This document shows positions 46,476 through 58,892 of a DNA stretch of 64,000 nt, in pieces. The translations under genes and the position numbers were made by a program. Numbering within the stretch: the first letter of the stretch is position 1; every line of letters begins with the position of its first letter. The DNA is taken from NCBI GenBank assembly GCA_965645245.1, contig OZ287076.1:1922001-1986000 (forward strand), in the 5' to 3' direction. The notes beneath the pieces were generated by a model that worked only from the letters and a program-made list of their open reading frames with translations, made no database searches and was not told where the DNA came from. The stretch is from Massalongia carnosa. Its lineage: Eukaryota.

Positions 46476-48090
46476 ATCTATGCTCTATCGCTTCGAGAGA
46501 TTCAACTTCTTTGTGCAGGAAAACGTCTCCGAGCTCATAACCTGTTGAAATAAAAGGGGCTGAGGGAGCTGCACTAAATCAATGAAAAGGCTAATATGCT
46601 GCGCTTGAAAGTCTATAACTAATTGAACTTAACTTACTGAACTATCTAAGAAAGAAAGAGGTGGGATTATTTGCCCAAATATATACACCGAATATGACTG
46701 TCATGGAGTCTTCGAGAAACTTCCATCGAGTTCGTCGCAGGGACCTTGTCGTGCAATAATAGCGGAATTATAGATTCCCATAGAATGTTCCATGAGGTGA
46801 AGTTAAGACAATTAACCTCGGTATCCCTTCGTCTGGCAATTTGGCAGCCATTTAGGTAATATTCAATTTTACACGCGCCGTCTCCGGGTAATGACTAATA
46901 ACTTTAATCTGGCCAATCAGATTTTCCCTTTTCAACGATAATGGGTACAACACCTCAATCACCCCTCATGATCTATGTAAAATTTCCCAACATGCCTCCT
47001 TTTTGCAACATGGTCCACAGCTCTTACATTGCCATCTGGTCTGACTTGCACGTCGTCTTTTGGTGCAATTTTCATCAATTTCCCCAAGTGGTCGGCGTCG
47101 TTTGAGTCTTGGCACTTGCCTTTTGCAGGCCAAACAATAGTCCTTCTTATTCAAATGCTCCCATTTGCAAGTTGACTCGACGTCTTTATTAACGTCTTGA
47201 TTAGTAATAACTATGACATCTGTCGGACGTTTCCGTAGGGCACCGGCTTGATTAGATAGTAGGGCATTTACTATTTCTTTTCGAAAGTCCAAATGGCTGA
47301 GTGTTGAATTCGGATACAGAATTCTCCACAATTTGAAGGCATTTAGAACGGCTGCATCCAGAAGAAAGATGAAAATTGACCACCAGTAGCGACGATCAGA
47401 TCTTTGAGGTGAATAATATGCTCTTTGCTGAGAATTCCCATCTGACCCGCCCATGTGCTGGTTATATTCCACGATGGGCATGGGAAATGGAAGCTTTTCT
47501 TCTTTATCATCAACGATGACTCTGGAATTTGCAGGAATTCCATGACGTCGACGGGAATTCTTGTAGAAAGAAGTCTTCAAATCCTCAATTGTATGAACCG
47601 TGGTCCTGAATTGCACGGTGTTTAAATCCACCCATGCCATACACAGAATGTCCCCGTCATCAATGTTTGATTTTTTACTTTTACTTGCTGATACCGTCAT
47701 CAATGCCTTCTTTCCCCAGTCCTTATTCTTGGTAGCTGCAACCCTCAGACGTAAAGATCAACAGGAAAACCGCATCCTGATTTAGCCGTCCCACAGGCAC
47801 CAATTCCAATGGTTTTCAGAGCTTTGAATAGCTTCGTATTTGTGAAGAAGTTGTCCAGAAAGATGACGTATTTCAAGCCATCATCAGACGGTAAACTTCG
47901 AGCCAGTTGAATGACGACTAGGGAGGAAGGAGACAAATCCCATTTTGTTGTCGGAAATTTCAATTGTCCAGGCGTTTTTAACTCACTAATTTTGGACACC
48001 TGTCTTGCAATTAGTACGATGCAAATTGAGGCCTTTTCTACTCACCTTGGAGGTAAATAAGAAGTCAAAAAGATAATTTTCCTGAAATAA

Positions 48091-49964
48091 TATCATGAAA
48101 TCGAACCAACCCGATCCAGAATCAATCCCGCAGATGAATCTGACTAAGCTCCCGTTCACGTGGGTGTCAAAAGTTTTTACCTAATGGGGGTCAGGGCCCT
48201 CACCAAAATTTTCAAGGCACCTCACCAAAATCATCAGAATTTACCATAGATCGGATTTTATTGCTTTGCCCTCCGTCGCTATTAATCTCTTACATCGATC
48301 AGGCATCTCCTTAATTCGGGCCCGAATTTCATCTATAGATATTTTGTCTCATTCATCTAGAATCACCCGTTTTAACTCTCTCATATTGCTGCACCGTCGC
48401 CGTCTAACTCGCTGTTTCAGAATATTCCATACCCCTTCCGTTGGATTGAAATCAGGGGATTGCGGAGGATGATTCAACGTTTCAATCCAGCTAGCTGCCT
48501 TGAATCTACGTACGATATTGTCTGTAGATCGTGTGCCGTGACTAGGATCGTTATCTTCTTGAAAGATGCAAAATCGATCATGAAAAACACGACATTCATG
48601 AATTTCAGTCATATAGCCGGGAAGCAGACGCTCCGTATAATAAGCTTGAGTTATGCTATTGCCTTTTGATTTAATCTCTAAATCGTGAGGTAGAGATGCC
48701 TCCCATTCAGCTATTCGCTGACGATGATCATACTCCGTTTCATACTTCGACTTGCGTAGTTTTCTGGGCTTGTGAACCTGAATTTCAGGCGCGTCGTGCT
48801 CGTCATTGTAAAACGTCAGCGGCCCTTTATGATGCCACGAAATAGAAGCGGCCACATGCAGTTTTACTCCCTTCATGTCCGTCATCTTTTGCATGTTTTC
48901 TAACTCGTATCTAGTGCCTTCTTCTCGAAGAACTCGCTCTTGGTACGTTTGATCCGGGTCGAAATGAGCCTCATCCGTGAAATGAACGTACTACCAGAAA
49001 TTCTCAATAGTATGATTTTCATGCTCTTTCCCGTATAGAACTCGTAGTCGCTCGTTTTTCTGACTGAGCGTTTTCACCTTCGCTTTTTTAAATCGAGCGG
49101 CACGAGGTTTGCGAGTACTGAATGCTCTTTGCAGTGTACGTCGCATTGCATATATATGTAAGTGCTCCAATTGTAACGGTGTACGGCTGATCGCGAACGC
49201 TATTTGTATGTGGATTCAGCATCTGATTTATCAACTGAGTGCCTACTTTTTTAGGTCGACCGCTACGAGAACGTCGTCGATAGGCGACGTCTTCAAGACG
49301 CTGGCGTTGCTTCAGCCAATATTTTCCTTGATCGAGCTTGATGCTCTCCTGCTCGCAGACATCTTTGATGGTGACATTTTCCGGCCGATGATCAATAGCA
49401 TGAAAAAGGCGGGTTTTTCTGATAGTATCAGCATCAGGGGATTTTTTGGCTTGTGGTGGTGGAGTAGATGGTGCCATGGTTGATTGGGGGAGGAAATCTA
49501 AAAAAAATTTCATCCACATGGGGGATTTTCGCTTAAAAATCCTACCCTCATTAGGTAAAAACTTTTGACACCCACTGTGGTTCCTCTATTCAGCTTAGTC
49601 AGAATCTCATTAACTATATCGAGTTTAGACACCTCTCAACGGCTTCAGGTCAAAGCTGTACCATCACCATCAAAGCGTACCAACGACAGGAGAACCTCAT
49701 CTCCACCTTTTATCGTCAAACACCTCGTCAAACCTTCGTGCCGTACGTCTCCTAATAGGGGGAGATGAACACTGATCGAATCTTCATGCACAGGGGTTCG
49801 AGACAAATATAAAATGAAGGACAAGTTAATTAGATAGTTGACTCCTTGTCCGACGTCTTGTATAGCAATCTATCACCTAGCTATAGCCTTATTAATAAAG
49901 ACATCTTGATCACCCAATCCAATTCCTAGGAACATTAGTTCAATCCCCTGCCCAGTCCTTGACA
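48091..49964. mobile_element. Solo LTR (~450 bp) in the piggyBac transposase, itself hosting Tc1-C
   Basis: TATCA...TGACA ends; TSD AATAA/CATAA; removal restores GFKIYSLC|QENYLFDF. Confidence 0.7.
48157..49579 (-). mobile_element. Tc1-C: DD38E Tc1-like transposon (pseudogenised transposase, ATG ~49477)
   Basis: TIR CAC(A)GTGGGTGTCAAAAGTTTTTACCTAATG; HFTDEAHF, QEDNDPSH, SPDFNPTE motifs; GTT on both flanks. Confidence 0.88.
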
Positions 49965-51329
49965 CATAAACTATAGATTTTGAAGCCTACACCAGCCGCC
50001 TTGGTGGCTATCTGCATAGTATGGCAGCTCCTACCCCTGAATAAAATCCATTACTCGTCAACTGACACATGACTTCCAGGAACCCAGTATTTCTTTGATG
50101 CTTTTCGAAAGTCTGTGGCCAATGGTTCCAGCTTTTCCCACAAATCAGGGCCTCGAGTATTAATGATCTCATCTTCGTCGGGGTTGGATATCTTCAAATA
50201 TCGCTTGAGTGTAATACGGATGGCGCTAGAGGGATACGTGATCGCCTATGGCGGTTGCGGGATTAACTAGCGTGGACCATGCCGTAGTACGAAGTCGCAT
50301 AAGCCGTCGAGGCTGACACACTGCCATCTTGCCCCGAAACTTCGGAGTTATTGTTATCACGTTCTTGACTACTTACAGATCAAACACCTGTCGAGGCCGT
50401 GGTGGTAGATTGCCATGGAGTGTAAGGCGGACTCCTGTGGAGACGCCAAGGAACTCTATATGGGATCTACTGGCCTACTCGGAGCTACTGGATCTCTTGA
50501 AGGTTCAAGAGAGGTAGCAGGAGGCACGGCTCGCTGGACGCAGCTTGAGCTAGGCTCCCCGGTGTAAACTTCAGCTTCAACCTTTATTACTACGTTGGTA
50601 GTGATGTCGGCTGAATGAACCTACATGACCTCGTTGTCTAGACCTTGTGTTTAGAGGCAGGTCCGCAGTGTAGCGAGGTATTCAGTCGGAGGTAACCTTC
50701 CATCACTAGGTAGTGGTGACGGCGAAATGAAGCTACATAGCCTGAGGCATGTAGTGAGGGATCTAGCCGGGGGTAGAATTGTTTTACCTTGCAAGGGAAG
50801 GTCTAGAAGGCTGCTCGAGGCTGACTAGATGATCCAGCGAACGCCGAGTTCGTGGATGGATCCTGAGGGATGGTTGGATGTAATGCGATAAAGTCGGATG
50901 TGGATTGCAAGGCTGTAATGCTCGCAAGACTCCCAAGGCTTGCAAGGCTCCTAAGGTTCCAAGGCTCCCAAGGCTATAGGCTTGGGGTGAGTAGGATAAA
51001 TATCAGAACGAATCTTGTAGTATTCGTTAGCAATTAGTCTTTATTCTATGAACAACCTACGTTTGGGTCTCGGACGAGATCTCTTGGTCTAAGCACTTCC
51101 ACATCCATTAGTTCTTTGGATCACGTATACTCTCGGAGACTAGCACGTAGTAGCTATCTTCCTCCTCTCACGCTGAGCATTTCCCCTTTCGAGATCAGTG
51201 TCGCTCGTGATAAGCTTACTGGTCTCGTAGCCCATTACAATTCTAATTGCTCTCATACCCTACGGGTCAGCCAGCCCGTTTGGAGGAAGCTTAGCTAGTG
51301 GAGCCATCTGTTCTTGAACTCCGCAAACG

Positions 51330-52481
51330 ATGTCTTCAAGCTCTCGCCCTCGCAGGAACGTTCGGCAAGGTCCAACAAGATCTCCCCAGGCAGAAGATAC
51401 TTCAAGGCCTGCGGAAGATACGCCGACACCAAGTACTGAGGAAGCTACGGGTCCTGCCAAATACACAGAGGAAGATCTGCAGAGAATCACAAAGCTCTGC
51501 ATGGAGTCGTTCCTCCAGGCACAAGGTAGTCGACATGAAGGCCCCCGAGAAGGTCAGTTGAAAGCTCGGTTCCCGGATCTCTACTATGGGAAGTCCCATA
51601 TGGAGTGTTACCATTTCTGCCAACAATGCGAAGACCACTTTGACACCGCCGGCGCCACTGGGTCTAACCGTACACCCTTTGCCGCATCTTTCCTTCGTGG
51701 CCGGATCAGCTTTCGTTGGCACCAGCACAAACGTCGAAGCCAAGGCGAAGAGGTAGGACCTTTGTCTTGGATCGAGTTCAAGGCTTTCCTTCGGAAGAAT
51801 CTTGGGGACTCCAGGGCTTTTGTGGACGCAACCTGGAGTAGGATCAAGCGGGACTCACAGTATCAACAAGAAGAAGTTCAGGATTGGGCTTCTCACCTGG
51901 AACATCTGCAATCTATACTCCTGGAGTTTGATGCTGAGGGAGCTCCAGAGGAGTCGGACCTTATCCGGTTCTTTCGTGAAGGCCTCAAGCCTTCGATAAA
52001 GGCCCAGATGGAACAACGAGGAAGGGAACTAGACAGTTGGGAGGAGCTGGTCGAAAAAGCGATCGATGCTGAGGCAAAAGCTAGCCTGCAGCCGCAATCG
52101 ATCCTTCGTGAGATGGATCAGCGTTGTCCACATGGAAACCGGCCCGCTCATGCCACTGTGGCCAAACCCCAGACCTCTACTCGAGACCCTCGAGACGAGC
52201 CTAGCGAAAAGCCCAAACCGTCGGGTCCGAAGCAATTAAACTCCTCGCGCCCAGAGAACAGCGAGATTGCCGACAAGAAAGCTCGGAGAGAAAAGAAAAG
52301 GCAGCGACGTCTTGATCAAGCTCGAGGTCGGAAAGGCTCGGAGTCCACTCCGGCCACCGGTGCCAACACTTCCAGTGGCACCAGCAAGGACGTGTCCCAA
52401 ATAACCTGCTTCAATTGCAACAAGAAGGGACACTACGCAAGTACTTGTCGCGAGCCCAAGAAGGATGCCTCAAAAAACTAG
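51330..52481 (+). CDS. gag: Gypsy-B Gag (383 aa)
   Basis: CFNCNKKGHYASTC zinc knuckle; ends A AAA AAC TAG. Confidence 0.95.
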   Translation: MSSSSRPRRNVRQGPTRSPQAEDTSRPAEDTPTPSTEEATGPAKYTEEDLQRITKLCMESFLQAQGSRHEGPREGQLKARFPDLYYGKSHMECYHFCQQCEDHFDTAGATGSNRTPFAASFLRGRISFRWHQHKRRSQGEEVGPLSWIEFKAFLRKNLGDSRAFVDATWSRIKRDSQYQQEEVQDWASHLEHLQSILLEFDAEGAPEESDLIRFFREGLKPSIKAQMEQRGRELDSWEELVEKAIDAEAKASLQPQSILREMDQRCPHGNRPAHATVAKPQTSTRDPRDEPSEKPKPSGPKQLNSSRPENSEIADKKARREKKRQRRLDQARGRKGSESTPATGANTSSGTSKDVSQITCFNCNKKGHYASTCREPKKDASKN

Positions 52482-55400
52482 TATCGGTCTTGGCAACCTC
52501 CGCGCCTATGACTGAAACTAGTAAGGAGGCTAATCTTGAGCGGGTTCCTTGTATTCGATATCCGGTCCGTTTGAGGAAGGATCAAGACGAGGTAGAAGCT
52601 TTGATAGATTCCGGCAGCGAGGTCAATGCAATGCACCCCGCTTATGCCGCGAAACTAGGGCTTCGTGTTAGGGAAGCAGATGTTGGGGCGCAGAAGATTG
52701 ATGGATCTCACCTGGATACCTTCGGTATGGTTATCGCAGGGTTCTTGGTCGAGGATAAGCTAGGGAAGGTTCGATTCTTCCAGGAAACCTTCTTGTTGGC
52801 TAATATTAGCCTGGAGGTGGTCCTGGGAATACCTTTTCTTACACTCAGCAGTGTGGATATACGGTTTCCAGAGCGAGAGCTTGCCTGGAGAACTTACACA
52901 GCTGCCGAGGCTTTACCAACAACCAGACGTGTGGAGATCATCGATAAGGAAGAGTTCGCGGAGACGGTCCTTGGAGGAGACGATGAGGCATATGTGGTGC
53001 ATGTAATGGCCGTAAGCAAGCCATCGTCCATGCCGATCCACGCCTCTCGCCAGGCCCAAGTAGCTTCGCTAGTGAGCGAGGAGGCCAATATCCCCGTTGA
53101 ATATTCCGACTTCTCTGACGTTTTCTCCCCTGACTCTGCAGCGGAACTACCGGAGCACACCGGCTTTAACGACCATCCTATCGATCTAGTAGATGGTAAG
53201 CAGCCACCTTATGGCCCAATCTACAGCTTAGGTCCTATGGAACTAGAGACACTGAAAACCTAAATTGAAACCAATCTAGCCAGCGGTTTTATTAGGCCTT
53301 CTCAGTCTCCGGCTGGTGCTCCTATACTGTTCATCCGCAAGAAGGACGGTAGTCTCCGCCTGTGTGTGGATTATCGAGGACTCAATACCCTGACAATCAA
53401 GAATCGGTACCCGTTGCCCTTGATTGGAGAGTCGCTTGATCGACTAGGCCGTGCCAAGCGATTTACGCAGCTAGATCTCACGAACGCGTATCATCGGATG
53501 CGAATTCGAGAGGGTGATGAATGGAAGACAGCCTTTAGGACTCGATATGGTCACTTCGAGTATCAGGTTATGCCCTTCGGCCTTTCCAATGCCCCAGCTA
53601 GTTTCCAGGGCTATATCAACAAAATTCTAGCAGAGAAACTCGACGTCTTTGTCATCGTATACTTAGATGACATCCTGATCTATACCGAGGACGTAGGCCA
53701 AGGCCATGTTGAGGCTGTTAAGTGGGTCTTGGAGAATCTCCGAAAAAACGGACTCTTTGCCAATCTAAAGAAGTGCCGTTTTCATCAAGATGAGGTTCGC
53801 TTCCTAGGCTACGTTGTCTCTGGCCAAGGAATTCGTATGGAAGAGGAAAGGATTGAAGCTGTCACGAACTGGCCAGAACCCAAGTCAGTACGAGACGTCC
53901 AGGTGTTTATGGGATTCGCCAACTTCTACCGGCGGTTCATCCGGGGGTTCAGCAAGATTGCTGCTCCACTCACCTCAATGCTTAAAACAAACTTGGTAGC
54001 CAACACTGGGCCATCCCCAAAGGCAAGGCGCGGAGCGGAAGAATCTTGTTTCTTAACTCCTGCCGCTGAGTTAGCCTTTGCCCAATTAAAGCAGGCGTTC
54101 ACTGAAGCACCGATCCTCCGACATTTTGACCCTGAGCGCCACATCCGACTTGAGACGGACGCCTCGGGTTACGCCATAGGTGGCGTTCTTAGCCAGCTGG
54201 ATATCGAAACCGGCCAATGGCACCCAGTAGCGTATTTTTCTCGGAAAATGATTCCTGCAGAAACTCGTTACGAAACTCACGATGGGGAACTACTGGCCAT
54301 CGTTGAAGCCTTTAAGAATTGGAGGCATTATCTCGAAGGTTGTAAGCATGAAGTCCTCGTGCTTACAGACCACAACAACCTGCGGCGATTTATGGATACG
54401 AAGAGTTTAAGCCCCCGCCAGGTTCGCTGGGCGCAAGAACTCTCTCGTTACAATTTCCGCATCGATTATCGTCAAGGCAAGGCTAATGGAGCTGCCGATG
54501 CTTTATCTCGCTATCCTCAGAGGAGCCAAGGCGAAGAGGAAGTGCTTCGAGCTGAGAATACTCGAATCCTTCACCGACTGCAGTCCTCGCTGACCAGCGC
54601 CAGCATCTCTGGTATCACTAGTACTCAGCATCTCACCCCTCCACACCACATCATTATCTGTGGAACGCACGTCTTCCCTCAACTGCGTCAGTTTTGGGAT
54701 ACGCTCCGCCAAGACTTGACCTCAGAAGGTCCTTACAAAGTCAGCATTGGTGGCATGAGGTTGAGGTTGCAGGAGTTGCAGGAGGAAGATACCCAAGCTC
54801 AGACGATCAGAGCAGAGAAGCTTGGAAAAGATGGTTGGGAAGACACCGAGGGGATTTTGCACTATCAAAGCCTGCCTTATGTCCCTGAGATCCTCAGAAC
54901 TGAGCTAATCAGTAGGCATCATGATGATCCATTAGCAGGACACTTCGGCATCGAAAAGACGCGAGAACTCATTGCGAGAAAGTACTTCTGGGAGACTCTC
55001 CGCCGCGATGTCGAGAGCTATGTCAAGGGTTGCGACGTCTGCTTATCTTCTAAAGCGGTCAGACACAAGCCTTACGGAGACCTACAGTCACTGCCAGTGC
55101 CAACTCATCGCTGGAAAGACTTGTCTATGGATTTCGTGACGGGGTTGCCTGAATCTGCGGATTGGAAGCGCGACAGTTACGATTCGATCCTGGTTATCGT
55201 CGACCGGCTTACGAAGATGGTGCACTATGAGCCAGTGCTAACAACGATCACTGCGCCATTGCTAGCAGAGGTAATCATAGACGTGGTAGTTCGTCACCAC
55301 GGCTTGCCCGACTCTATCGTCAGCGACCGCGGCTCAGTTTTCACTTCCAAGTTCTGGTCTTCCTTGTGCTACTTTTTAGGCATCAAGCGACGCCTCTCTA

Positions 55401-56332
55401 CCGCGTTCCATCCACAGACCGATGGGCAGACCGAACGCCAGAACAGCACCATGGAAGCCTACCTTAGGGCGTTCGTCAACTACGAACAAGACGACTGGGC
55501 GCGCCTGCTTCCGATGGCTGAGTTCGCGTACAACAATGCGAAAAACGCGAGTACTGGGCATACGCCGTTCGAGCTCAACTGTGGCTACCACCCCCGTGTC
55601 TCATATGAGGAAGACATCGACCCCCGTTCCAGGTCCAAGTCAGCAAATGAACTAGCTGCAGAACTAAAGGACTTGATGGCTATCTATAAGGAAAACCTTC
55701 AGCACGCACAAGAATGGCAGACAAAGGCCCACAACAAAGGAACCAAGCCACGGAGCTATGCACCTGGCGATAAAGTTTGGTTGAACAGCAAATATATTAA
55801 GACCAAACGCAATCGCAAGCTAGAGGCTAAGTTCTTTGGGCCATTCCGTGTCTTGCAACCAGTGGGCAAGCAAGCCTACAAGCTGGAGCTTCCAAAGCGG
55901 TGGCGCATCCATGATGTCTTTCATGTATCACTGCTGGAGCAGGACACCACAAGGAAGGGGCGGGTGGACGAGAAGATCGCGGAACAGCTGGAATTCGAAG
56001 CTGGTAACGATGAGGAATACGAGGTTGAAGGCATTTTGGATAGCGCGGTCTATGCCAAGGAGTCAGAAGCTGGCCACCTACCAGGCCTCTACTATCTGGT
56101 CTCCTGGAAGGGCTATCCAGAGGATGAAAGTACGTGGGAACCGGCGGCAGCGATCAAACACCTACGGAAGATCGTCAAAGCCTACCATGAGGGTAACCCC
56201 ACCAAGCCGACAGCAACCTCTCCTCCTATTGACACCGCACCGCCAATGGCTAAGCCGGCCGTTAAGCCTCAAGGCAAGAGGAAACGCGGCCGACAAGCTA
56301 CCAGCACTCGGAGCAAGAAGGCGAAGAAGTAG
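52472..56332 (+). pseudogene. pol: Gypsy-B Pol (-1 frameshift) with one premature TAA at 53261-53263; intact chromodomain
   Basis: LIDSGS, YLDDILIY, ETDASG, GHFG..CDVC, YEVEGILDS...YLVSWKGY...TWEP; ORFs 52415-53263 and 53366-56332 are in the same frame. Confidence 0.93.
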
Positions 56333-58892
56333 AAGCCTCGGGGTTTCTCTCCTGCCACTTGCTATGGAATCTAGGATCGGTTTTCCCTTCGTTTTCCCGT
56401 TATCTTATCAGGGTTTAAGGGTTTTTCATCGATCTTGAGAAGTCGGTTTTCCCTACGTTCTCCCGTTGTCTTATCAGGGTTTTAGGGTTTTTCATCGATT
56501 TCGATAAAGTCGGTTTTCCTCCTCAGTTCCCACTGGGTTAGGAGGTTTTTCATTGACTTCGGAGGCTGGTTTTCCTCCTTGCTATCATACAAGGAAGGAG
56601 GTTTTTCACCGCCTGCCATACACATCATACCACCCACCTAACGTGTCGTTACTATCTACTACACGCTCGGCGGAGCTCGCGTCCTAGAGGGGAGGCAACT
56701 GTAATACGGATGGCGCTAGAGGGATACGTGATCGCCTATGGCGGTTGCGGGATTAACTAGCGTGGACCATGCCGTAGTACGAAGTCGCATAAGCCGTCGA
56801 GGCTGACACACTGCCATCTTGCCCCGAAACTTCGGAGTTATTGTTATCACGTTCTTGACTACTTACAGATCAAACACCTGTCGAGGCCGTGGTGGTAGAT
56901 TGCCATGGAGTGTAAGGCGGACTCCTGTGGAGACGCCAAGGAACTCTATATGGGATCTACTGGCCTACTCGGAGCTACTGGATCTCTTGAAGGTTCAAGA
57001 GAGGTAGCAGGAGGCACGGCTCGCTGGACGCAGCTTGAGCTAGGCTCCCCGGTGTAAACTTCAGCTTCAACCTTTATTACTACGTTGGTAGTGATGTCGG
57101 CTGAATGAACCTACATGACCTCGTTGTCTAGACCTTGTGTTTAGAGGCAGGTCCGCAGTGTAGCGAGGTATTCAGTCGGAGGTAACCTTCCATCACTAGG
57201 TAGTGGTGACGGCGAAATGAAGCTACATAGCCTGAGGCATGTAGTGAGGGATCTAGCCGGGGGTAGAATTGTTCTACCTTGCAAGGGAAGGTCTAGAAGG
57301 CTGCTCGAGGCTGACTAGATGATCCAGCGAACGCCGAGTTCGTGGATGGATCCTGAGGGATGGTTGGATGTAATGCGATAAAGTCGGATGTGGATTGCAA
57401 GGCTGTAATGCTCGCAAGACTCCCAAGGCTTGCAAGGCTCCTAAGGTTCCAAGGCTCCCAAGGCTATAGGCTTGGGGTGAGTAGGATAAATATCAGAACG
57501 AATCTTGTAGTATTCGTTAGCAATTAGTCTTTATTCTATGAACAACCTACGTTTGGGTCTCGGACGAGATCTCTTGGTCTAAGCACTTCCACATCCATTA
57601 GTTCTTTGGATCACGTATACTCTCGGAGACTAGCACGTAGTAGCTATCTTCCTCCTCTCACGCTGAGCATTTCCCCTTTCGAGATCAGTGTCGCTCGTGA
57701 TAAGCTTACTGGTCTCGTAGCCCATTACATTGAGTTGCTCCCATCTTCGAAGACTCATGGCTTGAATCACCCTGTCATGTATGGCAAATTTAGGAGACGT
57801 GTTCCAATAGTCAGTAAGACGTGGCATCAGTGTATACCCCATATATAACAGAATTCCCAGAAAAGCTCCTACTTCAGAAGAAGAGGTGTCATGCCATTGA
57901 CGTCTCTTGATGTCGTTTAGGGCATACTTCTTTTTCGCTTTAAGATTGGTGTTTTTAGCTATTATTTCAAGCATTTCAAAGCTAAAGTAGAGGCAAAATA
58001 AACTGAAAGGAGTCTGATTTATCAAGCGCATCGTCTCGTCCGGCTGTGGTTTACGAAATGGGATCGAAATTGGACAATAATTTGATGACGGAGAGGGCAT
58101 GGAGTAAATTATGCTTTTTACGCTGGGTTTATTCTTTTTGGCCTGTTCATTCAGAATTGAGGGGGGCAAAGCGTCTGATTGGTCAGGAACTTCTATCTCA
58201 ATGCCTCTCATAATTATTCTAAAGAAATTGTAGATGTTTTAATGATTTTCAACTGATGTTTACCTTCTTATTTACAAAAAAAGGGGAGAATGTTTTGAAG
58301 TTCGCGACTCAGCCCTACGGTATCTCACTAAGCCTATTTAAGGTGGCTGCCAAATTGCCAGACGAAGGGATAGTGGCAAAAGCAAATAACGCCAAGACAG
58401 TATGAATCAACAAGGTGGTCGGGCGCTGGCGTCTTGGCGTTCCGATTATATGAGTCTTTTTCTTGCACTTTTTCTTCTTATCTTTCGAGACATCCATCTT
58501 CGGATCATTAACTCGTACTGCTATCAACACATACAGCTATAATAGACATATTCACTCATTCAGCTAGTCGGTCATTGATTGACCTGACGATTCATTTATC
58601 GATTCAGTGAGGCTCTGTTGATTTGATTATTTGTTTATTTGTTTCATCCTTCTCTCGTTCGCCACCACCCAGTTTATCCCTTCACATTTAGCGACCAAGG
58701 TGCGCTCGGAAGTAGCAGGACCTGAGCAAGAACATTTGAACATCATTAACCTTCTGAGCACGAGCACGAGGCTAGAAATTCAGACTAAACACGAGGCACG
58801 AGACACGAGCACGAGCACGAGCACGAGCACTGAGACTGCGACCGAGACCGAGTACGAGACAATATAAAATTGAGCACTGGGCCGAGCACACG

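Larger units (their letters stand above)
50210..57729 (+). mobile_element. Gypsy-B: young Ty3/gypsy chromovirus (1030-bp LTRs 50210-51239 and 56700-57729)
   Basis: TSD TTGAG; one difference seen between the LTRs (GTTTTACC vs GTTCTACC); PPT AGAGGGGAGG before the 3' LTR. Confidence 0.97.
46816..58372 (-). mobile_element. piggyBac-like DNA transposon, fragmented by Gypsy-B, a solo LTR and Tc1-C
   Basis: TTAA at 46812-46815; 29-bp TIR match 46822-46850 vs 58344-58372; transposase pieces 58211-57735, 50209-49965 (VSVDE..FRGRS), 48085-46966 with intron 48045-48000, FLDNFFT, YNQHMGGSD and a C-terminal Cys-rich domain. Confidence 0.9.
46543..58412 (-). mobile_element. Copia-E 5' LTR split by the piggyBac (46543-46815 and ~58373-58412)
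   Basis: PBS GGTTATGAGCTC at 46531-46542; begins TGTTGA and the matching TCAACA end lies at 58407-58412. Confidence 0.6.

Noticed and set aside
3601..46815. Strand bias: six of seven LTR elements with internal regions lie on the minus strand
   Set aside because: The sample is small and non-independent (nested) and compatible with chance.
49573..49579. CACAGTG (RAG RSS heptamer / Transib-like end) at the Tc1-C terminus
   Set aside because: The encoded transposase has Tc1-type DE, D-N-D-x-x-H and SPDxNPxE motifs rather than Transib/RAG1 motifs, and there is no properly spaced nonamer.
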